Of a stretch of 64,000 nucleotides of DNA, positions 1 to 10,646 are shown one piece after another. The stretch covers positions 256,001 through 320,000 of the forward strand of contig JAXGMI010000001.1 of the NCBI GenBank assembly GCA_040768745.1, read 5' to 3'. Position 1 is the first letter of the stretch, and each line of letters opens with the position of its first letter. The translations under genes and the position numbers were made by a program. The DNA comes from Desulfomicrobium sp. (lineage in GTDB: Bacteria; Desulfobacterota; Desulfovibrionia; Desulfovibrionales; Desulfomicrobiaceae). The notes under the pieces were generated by a model. That model ran no database searches. It was given only the letters and a program-made list of their open reading frames with translations, and was not told the origin of the DNA.

Positions 1-2130
1 GCCGACCGGAAAAACTGCGCGTTCATGTCGACCTACGTCACCTACGGGCGGGGGGTTGGCGTTGTCGTGGCGACGGGAATGCAGACCGAGGTGGGCAGGA
101 TCGCCAGAAACATCGCCACCAAGGAGACAAAGACCCCCCTGGAGATCAGGCTCGATGAACTGGGCAAAATCCTGGGCAAGCTGGCCATCGGCGTGTGCGT
201 CTTTCTTTTCGTCATCGCCCTGTTCCAGGGCCGGGGTCTGGCCGAGATGTTCCTGACCTCCGTGTCCCTGGCCGTCGCCTCCATTCCCGAGGGGCTGGCG
301 GCCATTGTCGCCGTGGTGCTGTCCATCGGCGTGACCAACATGTCCAGGCGCAACGCCATCGTCAAACGGCTCGTGGCCGTGGAAACCCTCGGATCGGTCA
401 ACATCATCTGTTCCGACAAAACCGGCACCCTGACCCAGAACAAGATGGCCGTCACGCACTCTTTCACCCTGGACAACCCATCCTGCGTGGCAGTGGATGG
501 GGAGGATGGCCACGCTGCGGACGCGCGGTTTCTGGCCAGGGTCATGGTCCTCTGCTCCGATGCGACCTATGTCGATGGAACGGGCACAGGCGATCCCACG
601 GAAATAGCCCTGCTGGCCTTCGGGGACGCCCTTGGCCTCGACCGCAGCGCGGTGCATGCCGGAAGCACGCGGGTGGGTGAATTCTCCTTTGACTCCGAGC
701 GCAAACTCATGTCCACCCTCAACCACGAAAACGAGGGGTACGTGGTCTATGCCAAAGGCGCCATCGACAACCTCCTGAAAATCTGCACGCATGTCCGGAT
801 CCAGGGCCGGGCCGTGCCTCTGTCCGCCGAGCACGTCAGCCGGTTCACTGGAGCCGCCGAAGGCATGGCCGGCAATGCCCTGCGCACCCTCGGCGCGGCC
901 TACAAGCCGGCAGAGGAGCTGATCCCCCCGTCTGAAATGGAAAAAGACCTGATCCTGGTCGGTCTCGTGGGCATGATCGACAGGCCCAGGCTCGAGGTGC
1001 AGCCTGCGATCCAGAAGGCCAGGCAGGCCGGGGTCACGACCCTGATGATCACCGGGGACCACAAAACCACCGCCTTCGCCATCGGCCGCGAACTGGGCAT
1101 CGCCGAGGACATGACGCAGACCCTCACGGGCCAGGAAATGGACGACATAGGGGATGAGGATTTCAAGGACCGGATCGCCGGCTACCGCATATTCGCCCGC
1201 GTTTCGCCGGAGCACAAGGTCAGGATCGTCAAGGCATTGCAGTCCCGCGGGTATGTCGTGTCCATGACCGGCGACGGGGTCAACGACGCCCCGTCCCTGA
1301 GTTCGGCCGACATCGGCATCGCCATGGGCGTCACGGGCACCGACGTGGCCAAGAGCGCGGCGGACATGATCCTCGCGGACGACAATTTCGCGACCATCGT
1401 TTCGGCCATTGAACAGGGCCGAAACATCTACAGCAACATCAAGAAGTCCGTCACCTTCCTCATCACCTGCAACCTGGGGGAAGTGGTGGCCATGTTTTTC
1501 AGCCTTCTGGCGGGCTGGAATGCCCCCCTGATCGCCACCCAGATTCTGTGGATCAACCTGCTGACGGACTCCCTGCCGGCCATTGCCCTGGGCATGGACC
1601 CAGGCGACCCGGACATCATGCGTGAGAAGCCGCGCGACCCCGGGGAAAGCTTCTTTGCCGGGGGGGCCGGCCGGAGGGCCGCACTGGGAGGGCTGTCCAT
1701 CGGGGCACTGACCATGTTCGCCTTCTGGTTCGGCCATTACGAACATGGATTCAGCCCTGGCCAGGACAGTGTGCCCCTGCACGTGGTGGAGTACGCACGG
1801 ACCATGGCCTTCATGGTGCTTGTGGCGTGCCAGCTCTACTATTCCCTGGCCTTCAGGAACAGCAGGAAATCGGTTTTCGCCATCGGGATTTTTTCCAACC
1901 AGTACCTGATCTGGTCCATCGTGCTCGGGATCCTGCTCCAGTCCCTGCTGCTGTGCATTCCGGGCATGCGCGAGGCGTTCAACCTGCAGATGCTGGACCT
2001 GCAGGGATGGGGCATGGCACTTGTCCTCGGCTTCCTTCCCCTGGCCGGAAGCGAGGTGTACAAGCTCCTGGCCAATGCGCGGATCGGAAAAGACAGGGGA
2101 ACGGGAGGGGTGTCGCCGACCGCCTCCTAA
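1..2130 (+). CDS. P-type IIA cation (Ca2+/Mn2+)-transporting ATPase, 5'-truncated by window edge
   Basis: IPEGL, DKTGTLT phosphorylation motif, KGA, MTGDGVNDAP hinge, QILWINLLTD; frame is open from base 1. Confidence 0.93.
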   Translation, partial: ADRKNCAFMSTYVTYGRGVGVVVATGMQTEVGRIARNIATKETKTPLEIRLDELGKILGKLAIGVCVFLFVIALFQGRGLAEMFLTSVSLAVASIPEGLAAIVAVVLSIGVTNMSRRNAIVKRLVAVETLGSVNIICSDKTGTLTQNKMAVTHSFTLDNPSCVAVDGEDGHAADARFLARVMVLCSDATYVDGTGTGDPTEIALLAFGDALGLDRSAVHAGSTRVGEFSFDSERKLMSTLNHENEGYVVYAKGAIDNLLKICTHVRIQGRAVPLSAEHVSRFTGAAEGMAGNALRTLGAAYKPAEELIPPSEMEKDLILVGLVGMIDRPRLEVQPAIQKARQAGVTTLMITGDHKTTAFAIGRELGIAEDMTQTLTGQEMDDIGDEDFKDRIAGYRIFARVSPEHKVRIVKALQSRGYVVSMTGDGVNDAPSLSSADIGIAMGVTGTDVAKSAADMILADDNFATIVSAIEQGRNIYSNIKKSVTFLITCNLGEVVAMFFSLLAGWNAPLIATQILWINLLTDSLPAIALGMDPGDPDIMREKPRDPGESFFAGGAGRRAALGGLSIGALTMFAFWFGHYEHGFSPGQDSVPLHVVEYARTMAFMVLVACQLYYSLAFRNSRKSVFAIGIFSNQYLIWSIVLGILLQSLLLCIPGMREAFNLQMLDLQGWGMALVLGFLPLAGSEVYKLLANARIGKDRGTGGVSPTAS

Positions 2131-3950
2131 ACGTCCAGGGGACAGCGCGCAGCCCTGGCCAAGCCTTCGTCCCCGGACCCGCGGGGGGGATCCGAGAGGC
2201 GGCCCTTGATGGCCTCCAGCTCGTCGATGTTCTCGAAGAACAGGTCCACGATCCTGGGGTCGAACATCCCCCCGCGCTCCTGGCGGATGAATTCGAGCAC
2301 CTCGTCCCTGGGCCAGGCCCCCTTGTACACCCGGCCCAGGGACAGAGCGTCATACACGTCGGCCAGGGCGCAGATCCGGGCCAGGATGCTGATCTCCTCC
2401 CCCTTCAGCCCGCAGGGATAGCCCGTCCCATCCCACCGCTCATGATGCTGGAGGGCTATGGTCCGCGCAAAGGACATGAGCCTCCTGTCCGACGTGTGCA
2501 GGAGGCGCTGCCCGATGAGGGTGTGGTGCTTGATTTTCTCGAATTCATCGAAGGACAGCTTGCCCGGCTTGTGCAGGATCGCATCGGGAATCCCGATCTT
2601 GCCGATGTCGTGCATGGGCGATGCGGCCTCCAGAAGGATGACGTCCTCCGCGGCAAGGCCGTACTTCCGGCCGAGCAGCGCGGAATACGCGGCCACCCTG
2701 CGCACATGGTTGGCCGTGTCCTGCGAGCGGGTCTCGATGACCTCGCCCAGAATGGTCAGGAGTTCCACCTGGGTGTCGATCATCTCCTGGTTCAGGGCCA
2801 TGATTTCCATGTTTCCGCGATGGATCTTCCGCTGCTTGAGCACGTTCATGACCAGGAGGACGATGATCACGCCCAGGATGCCGATGACCACCAGGGCTGA
2901 TAGGATGGCCGAGCGGTGGGCCTCGAAATAGGACAGGGGCCGGTTCAGCAGGACCGCGTTCCCGGGCAGGCTGGTCAGGGGGATGCCGAAGCGCTGCAGC
3001 GCGACGTAATCGTAGGTGTGCTGGTTCACCCCCTGCAGCCTGTCATACGTTGCCGGAGGGTTGCCGCCGGCCAGGCGCTCCAGCAGGATCTGCGCCGCCT
3101 TCTGCCCATGCCCGAAGGCGCTGGCCACGCATCCCCCCACGGCGCCTGAATCGAGCTGGAAGTCCCAGGCCACGTAGACCGGCACGGGCGAACTGGCGCT
3201 CACGGCCCGAGGGATCTCGTCGGCTTCGAACACGAGCCCCGCCGCGTCCTGGAAATAGACCAGCAGATAGATGAGTTCGCCTTTGGAACGCCCCCGGGCG
3301 AACTGGATGAGCTCCTCCCTGGCCATGGGCGGGACGATTTCCACTTCCACCTGGCTGGCCACAGGATAGAGCTGGGAGATGAAGTCGCTGAGGATGGACT
3401 TGCCGCTCAGGGTGCCGTCGACCATGACAAAAATTTTCCGCGTGCCCGGGTTCTGCTTCAGGGCCGCCTGCAGCGTCTCCTGATGGGCCAGCCTCTCCAC
3501 GACGATGTTCGTGTCCAGCGCCTCGGCCGGAATCGACTTCAGGTCGTTGATGCCGCAGGCCACCATGGGCGTGCCCGGAAAAAGTTCCGCCCAGTGCCGG
3601 GCCATCAGATCCAGGGCGTGGTCGTCCGTGAGGATGATGCCGTCGAAGCGCTCCCCCGCGTACTTCTGGCGGTAGATGCCGAGCAGCTGGCGGATGTACT
3701 CGGGGGAATGATGGCGCTTGGCGTCCATGTACTCCACGCGGTATCTGCCCTGCACTTCCGGCCCCTGCAGGACCGAGACGATCCCGGCGTGCAGGTCCCT
3801 GGTCCAGGAAAAGTCCGGGGCATAGGAGTGGACCACCAGCACACGCGGTCCCGGCATGTCCCCGGCCGCCGCACCCAGGTGGGCCGCGACCAGCAGCGCC
3901 AGGAGCGCGAGGGCAGAGGAAACGCGGTGAAGACCTGCGGAGGGGTTCAT
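2127..3950 (-). CDS. HD-GYP c-di-GMP phosphodiesterase with N-terminal periplasmic ABC-substrate-binding-like sensor
   Basis: Signal peptide, VLVVHSY sensor domain, one TM, then HDIGK, HHERWDGTGYPCGL, ADVYDAL; start MNPSAG at 3950 chosen over the longer ORF. Confidence 0.88.
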   Translation of the reverse strand: MNPSAGLHRVSSALALLALLVAAHLGAAAGDMPGPRVLVVHSYAPDFSWTRDLHAGIVSVLQGPEVQGRYRVEYMDAKRHHSPEYIRQLLGIYRQKYAGERFDGIILTDDHALDLMARHWAELFPGTPMVACGINDLKSIPAEALDTNIVVERLAHQETLQAALKQNPGTRKIFVMVDGTLSGKSILSDFISQLYPVASQVEVEIVPPMAREELIQFARGRSKGELIYLLVYFQDAAGLVFEADEIPRAVSASSPVPVYVAWDFQLDSGAVGGCVASAFGHGQKAAQILLERLAGGNPPATYDRLQGVNQHTYDYVALQRFGIPLTSLPGNAVLLNRPLSYFEAHRSAILSALVVIGILGVIIVLLVMNVLKQRKIHRGNMEIMALNQEMIDTQVELLTILGEVIETRSQDTANHVRRVAAYSALLGRKYGLAAEDVILLEAASPMHDIGKIGIPDAILHKPGKLSFDEFEKIKHHTLIGQRLLHTSDRRLMSFARTIALQHHERWDGTGYPCGLKGEEISILARICALADVYDALSLGRVYKGAWPRDEVLEFIRQERGGMFDPRIVDLFFENIDELEAIKGRLSDPPRGSGDEGLARAARCPLDV

Positions 3951-4205
3951 GATTCCCCATAGCACGGCTCGTCCTTGCGGGGCAAGGACATGCTGGACCG
4001 GAAGGCCCCCGCCCACGGCCGGGTGCGGGGTCGGCTCCCCGTGCATCCGTTCCCGGGCCAGGCGGGTCTTCCTGGTTGCCGACCTGAGCCTCGGCCCCGT
4101 ATGCTCAATCCAGCCCCGGCGCCCGTGGCCCGGCGCTGAACAGGGCCAGCCATGTGCGGCGAGGAAGGTGACCATGCATCCACTGTCCGGCGGAAACCCA
4201 TGATT

Positions 4206-4973
4206 ATGCGGCCAGCCACCCTTTTTTTCCACGACGGGCTCGCGGATCTGCTCGACCGGCGCCACTGCCACCGGGACGCCCCGGGCCTGGTGCTCTATCC
4301 GGTCACGCGCAGGGCCTCCATCAAGGACATCATCGAGGCCCTGGGGCCCCCGCACACCGAGGTGGGCGACATCAAGGCGGACGGTCTGCCCGTGGGTTTC
4401 GGGCACCTCCTGCAGCCTGGGCAGGAGGTGCATGTCCGGCCTGTCTACCCGCCCCTGGACGTGCTGCGGCCCTCCCCCCTGCGGCCCTCCCCCCTGCCGC
4501 GCCTGGCCTTCTTGGCCGACGCCAACGTGGGCCGGTTGGCCACCCTGCTGCGCGCCCTGGGCTTCGACACTGCCTACGACCGGAATCTGGACGACGCGCA
4601 GGTGGCCGGACTGGCCGAAACCCAGGGCCGCGTGGTGCTGACCAGGGACCGCAGCCTGCTCAAGCGCAGGGCCATCGACTACGGATACCTGATCCGTCCG
4701 GACGACCCGCAGGACCAGCTGCTGGCGGTGTTGCGCTTCTTCGGACTGCGCCCGCCCTTCCCCGCCTTTACCCGCTGCCCCTGCTGCAACGCCCGCCTCG
4801 ATCCGGTCCCCAAGGCAGACATCATTGACCGGTTGCTCCCCCTGACCAGGCTCCACTACGCCGAATTCCGTCTCTGCCCCCAGTGCGACAAGATCTACTG
4901 GCCCGGCTCCCACCGGGATCACATGCAGGCCCGCATCGAGGACTTGGCCCGCCGGCTGGACGGGCAGGAATGA
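4206..4973 (+). CDS. Mut7-C ubiquitin-like/RNase (PIN) domain protein
   Basis: SIKDIIEALGPPHTEV, FLADANVGRLA, GRVVLTRD, RCPCCN...CPQCDKIYWPGSH. Confidence 0.88.
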   Translation: MRPATLFFHDGLADLLDRRHCHRDAPGLVLYPVTRRASIKDIIEALGPPHTEVGDIKADGLPVGFGHLLQPGQEVHVRPVYPPLDVLRPSPLRPSPLPRLAFLADANVGRLATLLRALGFDTAYDRNLDDAQVAGLAETQGRVVLTRDRSLLKRRAIDYGYLIRPDDPQDQLLAVLRFFGLRPPFPAFTRCPCCNARLDPVPKADIIDRLLPLTRLHYAEFRLCPQCDKIYWPGSHRDHMQARIEDLARRLDGQE

Positions 4974-5144
4974 GCCCGTGACCCGTCCATGCCTCCCTGC
5001 CCCCATGGCCATGGGTCAGGCATGCCGGTACCGGAGCATTGCCCTGCCCGGCAAAAAAACATAGGTCAGAAGGGTCTCGCCACGCGCTCCACGGGCCTGC
5101 GGGTTTCCGGACCACGCGGGGCAAAACAGATCAGGAGTAACTGC

Positions 5145-7079
5145 ATGCACCGGATGCTTCGCCTGGACATGACCACACGGCAGATCACCGAAACGCCCCT
5201 CCCCCGGGAGGAACTGCTCCTTGGCGGACGGGCCCTGACTTCGCGGGTTGTCTTCCAGGAAGTCCCCCCCACCTGCCACCCCCTGGGCCCGCGGAACAAG
5301 CTTGTCTTCGCGGCCGGCCCGCTGGCCGGGACCCTGGTCTCCAGCGCCAACCGCCTCTCCATCGGCGGGAAAAGCCCTCTGACCGGCGGCATCAAGGAGA
5401 GCAACGCCGGCGGCATGGTGGCCTACAAGCTGGCCCGGCTCGGCATCCGCGCCCTGGTCATCGAGGGGAAGCCCCCTGCGCCGGGGCCCTGGCAGGTGCT
5501 CGTCCTGGACGCACAGGGCGCGCGGTTGGAGCAGGCACCCGCAGGCTTTGCCGGGGCGGGGGTGTACCGCAAGGCCCACATCCTGGCCGCCCGGCACGGC
5601 AGGCACGCGGCCCTGGCCCTGGTGGGACCGGCCGCGGAACAGATGCTCCTGGCCGCCGGCATCGCCTGCACCGACCCGGAAGGCAACCCGGCCCGGTACA
5701 GCGGACGCGGGGGCCTGGGTGCGGTGCTGGCGTCCAAGGGCATCCTGGGCCTCATCGTCGACGATTCCTCCGTGCCCCGGGAGGCGTTGGCGGATGCACC
5801 GGCCTTTGCCAGCGGGCTCAAAAGGATCGCCGCCCTGGTCAACGGCACGCCCCAGACGGCCGAAGTGTTCCGCAAGTATGGCACCGCGGCCATGATGGTC
5901 ACCACCAACACCCTGGGCGCCCTGCCCACGCGCAATTTTTCCCGCGGCACCTTCGAGGGCGCCTCGGCCATCGACGGCAACGCCCTTTACGAAACCATTG
6001 TGGCCAGGGGCGGCCAAGGCGACCCGAGCCATGCCTGCATGCGCGGCTGCCTGATCCGCTGCTCCAACGTGTTCGCCGACAAGGACGGCAAGGCCGTGGT
6101 ATCCCCGATGGAATACGAGAACCTCGGCATGCTGGGCTCCAACTGCGGCATCGGCGATCTGGACGACATCGCCCGCCTCAACCATGCCTGCAACGACATG
6201 GGGGTGGACACCATCGACACCGGCGCGGCCCTGGCCGTGGCCATGGAGGCGGGCCTCGCCCCCTTCGGGGATGCCGCCTTCGCGGAAAAGGCCATCACCG
6301 GCATCGCCCGGGGCGAGGTGCTCTCTAAGCTCATCGGCAGCGGGGCGGAAATCACCGGCAAGGTCCTCGGCCAGTACCGTGTGCCCACCGCCAAGGGGCA
6401 GTCCCTGGCGGCCTACGACCCCCGCGGCATCAAAGGCACGGGCGCCACCTACGCCACCTCGCCCATGGGCGCTGATCACACGGCCGGAAACACCCCCAGG
6501 GCGCAGATCAGGCACAACGACAAGACCGGGCAGGTGGAGCTGTCCGCAAACGCCCAGGCCGGGGCCGCCCTGTATGACGCCCTTGGCCTGTGCGTCATGC
6601 TCATGGGCGCCATCAAGGACCCCGCCCTTTTCATGGACCTCGTCAATGCCCGGTTCGGCACGGCCTTCACTCTGGAAGAGGCCAGGCTCATGGCGGCCCG
6701 GACCCTGGAGCAGGAGCGGGCCTTCAACCGCAACGCCGGCCTGGGGGAAAGCGCCGACCGGATCGCCGAGTTCTTCTATGTGGAGGAAAACCCGGATTCC
6801 CGGTCAATCTTCGACCTCACGCACGCCGACCTGACCCCCATCACCCGGGGCTCCCTGATCCCCGTCACGGTTGAAAGCAGGCTGGTGTGGCGCAAGGAGC
6901 CGCCCCGCCAGGTGCTGATCCCGCAGGGCACCCTTGTACGGGATTTTCTGGCCACCCTCGGCGAGCCGGAACTGCGGGACCATGCCCTGGTGGCCATGGG
7001 CACGGCGGTGTGCGCCCCGGACCGGACCATCCTGCCCGGAGACGCCCTCATCCTGCTCTCGGTGGTCAGCGGGGGATGA
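5145..7079 (+). CDS. Aldehyde:ferredoxin oxidoreductase family (W/Mo) with C-terminal MoaD/ThiS-like domain
   Basis: [54 protein letters not shown]-terminus ...[16 protein letters not shown] before ATG 5145. Confidence 0.88.
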   Translation: MHRMLRLDMTTRQITETPLPREELLLGGRALTSRVVFQEVPPTCHPLGPRNKLVFAAGPLAGTLVSSANRLSIGGKSPLTGGIKESNAGGMVAYKLARLGIRALVIEGKPPAPGPWQVLVLDAQGARLEQAPAGFAGAGVYRKAHILAARHGRHAALALVGPAAEQMLLAAGIACTDPEGNPARYSGRGGLGAVLASKGILGLIVDDSSVPREALADAPAFASGLKRIAALVNGTPQTAEVFRKYGTAAMMVTTNTLGALPTRNFSRGTFEGASAIDGNALYETIVARGGQGDPSHACMRGCLIRCSNVFADKDGKAVVSPMEYENLGMLGSNCGIGDLDDIARLNHACNDMGVDTIDTGAALAVAMEAGLAPFGDAAFAEKAITGIARGEVLSKLIGSGAEITGKVLGQYRVPTAKGQSLAAYDPRGIKGTGATYATSPMGADHTAGNTPRAQIRHNDKTGQVELSANAQAGAALYDALGLCVMLMGAIKDPALFMDLVNARFGTAFTLEEARLMAARTLEQERAFNRNAGLGESADRIAEFFYVEENPDSRSIFDLTHADLTPITRGSLIPVTVESRLVWRKEPPRQVLIPQGTLVRDFLATLGEPELRDHALVAMGTAVCAPDRTILPGDALILLSVVSGG

Positions 7080-7147
7080 GTCCGCCCGCGTCCTTGCCAG
7101 GCCCATGGGAAACACTCCGCACCGCAGACACACACGGGAGGAAAGCG

Positions 7148-7911
7148 ATGGATAAGAAAATCAAGATCATGCCTTGCCTGGACATGCGCAACGGGCGCGT
7201 CGTCAAGGGGGTCCATTTCGTGGACATCCGGGACGCCGGGGACCCGGTGGAATGCGCGCGGGCCTACTGTCAGGCCGGCGCGGACGAACTGGCCCTGCTG
7301 TGGACATAACGGCCACGGTGGAGGGCAGGGCCACCATGCTCGACATCGTCAAACGCGTGGCCCAGGTCACCACTGTGCCCTTCACGGTGGGCGGGGGTAT
7401 CTCCGACCTGCAGTCGGCCGAGCTGGTCCTCGCCGCCGGGGCGGACAAGGTGTCGACCAGCAGCGCCGCCTTCCGCAAGCCCGGACTGATCGGGGAAATG
7501 GTCAAAAAGCTGGGGTCCGCGAGGGTGACAGTGGCCATTGACGTGGACCAGAACGCGGCCATGCCCTCGGGGTACGAGGTCTACATCGACGGGGGACGCA
7601 CGGCCACCGGCGTCGACGCCGTGGAGTGGGCCAGGCGCGTGGACGGGTGCGGCGTGCCGGTCATCCTGCCCACGAGCAAGGCCGGCGACGGGGCCAGGAC
7701 AGGGTATGACCTGCCGGTGATCAGGGCCATGCGAAACGCGGTTTCAGCCGAGGTGGTGGCCTCGGGCGGGGCCGGCGAACTGGACCATTTCTACCAGGCC
7801 GTGGAGGCAGGCGCGACCATCCTGCTGGCTGCGTCCGTGTTCCATTTCGGCATGATCGGCATTGGCCAGCTGAAGGACTACCTGCGCAACCGGGGCGTGG
7901 CGGTTTCCTGA
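7148..7911 (+). pseudogene. hisF: Imidazole glycerol phosphate synthase cyclase subunit, frameshifted near 7300
   Basis: [16 protein letters not shown]...GADEL in one frame, DITATVEGR...PFTVGGGI...ASGGAG...LAASVFH in another; break at ctgctgtggac. Confidence 0.8.
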
Positions 7912-8031
7912 GGTTTCAGGGAGCCGGGACGCCCTGCCTCCGTCCAGAGGGCCAGGCCGGCAGACGGGTTGGAAGCGAGGGCAGGAAACGCTTTCCGGCC
8001 AACGAGCCGGTTTCCCTCCGGGTTTCTGCGG

Positions 8032-8682
8032 TTATCTGGAAGCCGCCACACGGGCGCCCAGCTCGAAGGCGCGCCTGCAGTCCTGGGGGAATACTTCGGC
8101 GTGACGACGGAACTTCGCATCCCGGTCGAACATCTCCGATTCATACTTGTCATAGTCGCCGTATTGGAGCGTATCCGTGCACAGCAGCAGCTCGCACGGG
8201 CCGAAGCATTTTTCAAGAGCACCCCTGGTGATGCTGAAATGGCGGTCATACCCCCATTCAAGGAGAATGTCGTTGCTGACGTTCATGGTATAGATCAAGG
8301 CGGTGTTGATGCGTCTCGGAAAAAGGGATTTCCTGTCTTTCGCGTACCTGTTGTACGGGAAACAGAGGCGTTCTATCAGGGCGCGGGTCGCGGCCGACTC
8401 GGCCCCGTAATAGACAGGCGTTCCTACGATCAGGGCGTCGGCGTTTCTGACCAGGTCGAGTACGGGAGTCAGATCGTCCTGCACCGCGCAGACCCCATCC
8501 TCCTTGCGGCTGATTTTTTTGCATGAAAAGCAGCTGATGCAACCGGAGAAATTCAGGTCGTAGAGATGGACCAGTCTTGTGTCGGCGCCTGCAGACACGG
8601 CCCCGGCCAACGCATGGTCCAGCAAGGTGACCGTGTTCCATTTTTCTTTTCTCGGACTGCCGTTGAAGGCTATGACGTTCAT
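8032..8682 (-). CDS. Flavodoxin-family / NADPH-dependent FMN reductase (iron-sulfur flavoprotein-like)
   Basis: NGSPRK..NT, GCISCFSC..C, GTPVYYG, LIERL. Confidence 0.85.
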   Translation of the reverse strand: MNVIAFNGSPRKEKWNTVTLLDHALAGAVSAGADTRLVHLYDLNFSGCISCFSCKKISRKEDGVCAVQDDLTPVLDLVRNADALIVGTPVYYGAESAATRALIERLCFPYNRYAKDRKSLFPRRINTALIYTMNVSNDILLEWGYDRHFSITRGALEKCFGPCELLLCTDTLQYGDYDKYESEMFDRDAKFRRHAEVFPQDCRRAFELGARVAASR

Positions 8683-8933
8683 GCTGCACCTTCTCTCGGA
8701 TATCTTTGTGTTTGTTTCTCTCCCGTGAGTAGACAAGAACGTCCCTGCCTGCAACTGCACCCAAAAGGTCGCCCCCTGCCTGCGGCCATGCTTCCAGCGC
8801 GTGTCGGGGCAGGCCTTGCCAGAGGCAGGAAGGAACGGGATTCCCGGGCCAAGATTCGGGTAGATCATATTGGTAGCAATATGACGCACAGAATCGTCAA
8901 CGGAAGACTTGGTTCCATTTCCCTTGCAAGACC

Positions 8934-9413
8934 TTAGGTGTCGGCACGGCGCAATTGCTTACGCATGTATATGCGGGCCAAGCCGGATTCGACCCTGCGC
9001 GCGTATTCGACGTATCCAGCGCGCTCGTAGAGGGCAATGTTCGATGCCATCAGTTCGTGCGTGTACAGATGGATCTCGGCATGACCTCTGGCCTTGGCCT
9101 GGTCCTCGGCGAGGGCAAGAAGAACTCGACCGATCCCGCGACCCGATGCTCTCGGGTGGACGGCGACGGTCTCCAGCAGAAACCCTTCCGCGTCTTGCGC
9201 AAGAACGAGGAGGCCAACAATCCGGCCATCCTGTTCAGCCACAAACACGATTTCGTTGCCGATGATCGTCCGATAGTCATCGAGCATCGGGCCAGGTTTC
9301 CTTCCGATGACGGGAATCCATTTCTCGAAGGCCGCATCAACGCACTCCGCAACATGGTGCGCGTCGGCAATCGTGGCGTGACGGACGGTGAAGGAACAGG
9401 ATGTGGTGTGCAT
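8934..9413 (-). CDS. GNAT family N-acetyltransferase
   Basis: VAVHPRASGRGIGRVLL acetyl-CoA motif, NIALYERAGY. Confidence 0.88.
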   Translation of the reverse strand: MHTTSCSFTVRHATIADAHHVAECVDAAFEKWIPVIGRKPGPMLDDYRTIIGNEIVFVAEQDGRIVGLLVLAQDAEGFLLETVAVHPRASGRGIGRVLLALAEDQAKARGHAEIHLYTHELMASNIALYERAGYVEYARRVESGLARIYMRKQLRRADT

Positions 9414-9420
9414 GGTCTTG

Positions 9421-9476
9421 TGTCGTTGATGTGTCGATGTCTGGCCGGTGCTGCGATTCTACAGAAGTGCCCCAAA
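9421..9476. repeat. Copy 1 of a 56-bp imperfect direct repeat (copy 2 at 10201-10256), promoter-like on minus strand
   Basis: 48/56 identities by manual alignment; minus strand contains TAGAAT. Confidence 0.75.
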
Positions 9477-9701
9477 TGCACAAAAGGAAATGCGCCAGGG
9501 TCTGCTTGATCCTCGACTGACCTGCCCGGCGTATTTCAGGTGGGTGCATGATCTGTTGCGGGTTTCCGTTGTTTTTTGACGGAAAGACGGCACGCAAGCT
9601 CTTCAATGCGGCCGGGGGCAGCCCCGGAAATGGAAACACCATCGTCAACGGAAGGCTCCCCCCCTTGAACCTTGTCCGGAAAGGCAGGGTGTTCTTCGGG
9701 A

Positions 9702-9977
9702 CTAGGTCCCCTTTTTTTCAGGTTCGAGAGGCCTTCGTTTTTCAACCTCCCTGAGCAGCTTTCTCTCCTCGGCATCATCCGCCCCAGACGGGATATACCC
9801 CTTGATCATATCCAGCAGCACGTCAAAGGGATCGAGTTCTGCCCCACAGATGCTGCAGCAAACCGTGCGGTATACCGTGTAGGCTATGACCTCTTTGTGT
9901 TCGCATCCTGTTCGTTTTTCCGGACCAGCCGCTCTGGGCCGTTTCCTGGAAGTGTCGAGTTGTATTATTTTGGCCAT
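9702..9977 (-). CDS. Small Cys/His (zinc-finger-like) hypothetical protein, prophage-like
   Basis: CEH...CCSICGAELDPFD; GGAGG-like RBS upstream of ATG 9977. Confidence 0.6.
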   Translation of the reverse strand: MAKIIQLDTSRKRPRAAGPEKRTGCEHKEVIAYTVYRTVCCSICGAELDPFDVLLDMIKGYIPSGADDAEERKLLREVEKRRPLEPEKKGT

Positions 9978-10200
9978 CGAGTTCCCTCCCTCCCAGCCAG
10001 CGAGACCCAAGGAAAAGTGGAGTTTCGCAGGTCATCACGACATGGGGAAATCGCTGTCTGATCCAGGCTGGAACTGGCCACCCCTGGTTCCAAACAGGAT
10101 GCACATGTTGCCATGCTTGTGTCTGTACAGTCCGGTCATGAGCAGGACGGGAGGGGCATCAATACCGTCTTTGACAAACCAGCCTGCTTCGAACGCGGAG

Positions 10201-10256
10201 TGTCGTGGACGTGTCGGTGTCTGGCTGGTGCTCCGATTCTAAAGAAGCTCCCCAAA
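10201..10256. repeat. Copy 2 of the 56-bp imperfect direct repeat
   Basis: Matches 9421-9476, offset exactly 780 bp. Confidence 0.75.
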
Positions 10257-10305
10257 ACCCATAAGAAAATTCGTCAGTTATCAAATAATGCTGAATTATT
10301 TTTAA

Positions 10306-10590
10306 GGGTCATGACTAGAACAGCGGGTTTGTCCTGATGATTTTGAGCAGGACTTTGTAGATGTTCTGGCCCCTATTGTTAAATCGAAATTCGCATTCTT
10401 TCAAATGCAGGAAAAAGGTTGCCTTGCTGACACCTCTGAACTTGGCAAGGCGAGTTTTCGAGTAGCCCCAAAAGCTCTCTATGCCATTGATATGGCTACG
10501 CTCATTGGCAAATTCATTGTCTCCGTGGTTAACCCTGAAATGCTTCTGGTACCCTACATCTACCAGGCCGTTATAGCCACCCTTCGCCTT
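10306..10590 (-). mobile_element. IS1595-family (ISXO2-like) transposase C-terminal remnant with probable terminal repeat
   Basis: GYNGLVDVGY.KHFRVNH....F....HINGIESFW...K......GV....F.LHLKECEFRFN; AT-rich; N-terminus absent. Confidence 0.85.
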
Positions 10591-10602
10591 CTTGTTCGGG
10601 AT

Positions 10603-10646
10603 GAAAAGAACCACCTGCCTCCGCTTGGGGGCAGGCGGTTCTTTTC
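10603..10646. terminator. Bidirectional-type hairpin terminator after virJ
   Basis: AAAAGAACCACCTGCCTCC-GCTT-GGGGGCAGGCGGTTCTTTT. Confidence 0.7.

Noticed and set aside
3951..5012. N-terminal 350-aa extension of the 961-aa minus-strand ORF
   Set aside because: Antisense shadow of the Mut7-C gene; the real HD-GYP protein starts with a signal peptide near 3950
8890..10260. Integron cassette array
   Set aside because: No clear RYYYAAC...GTTRRRY attC structures and no integron integrase seen
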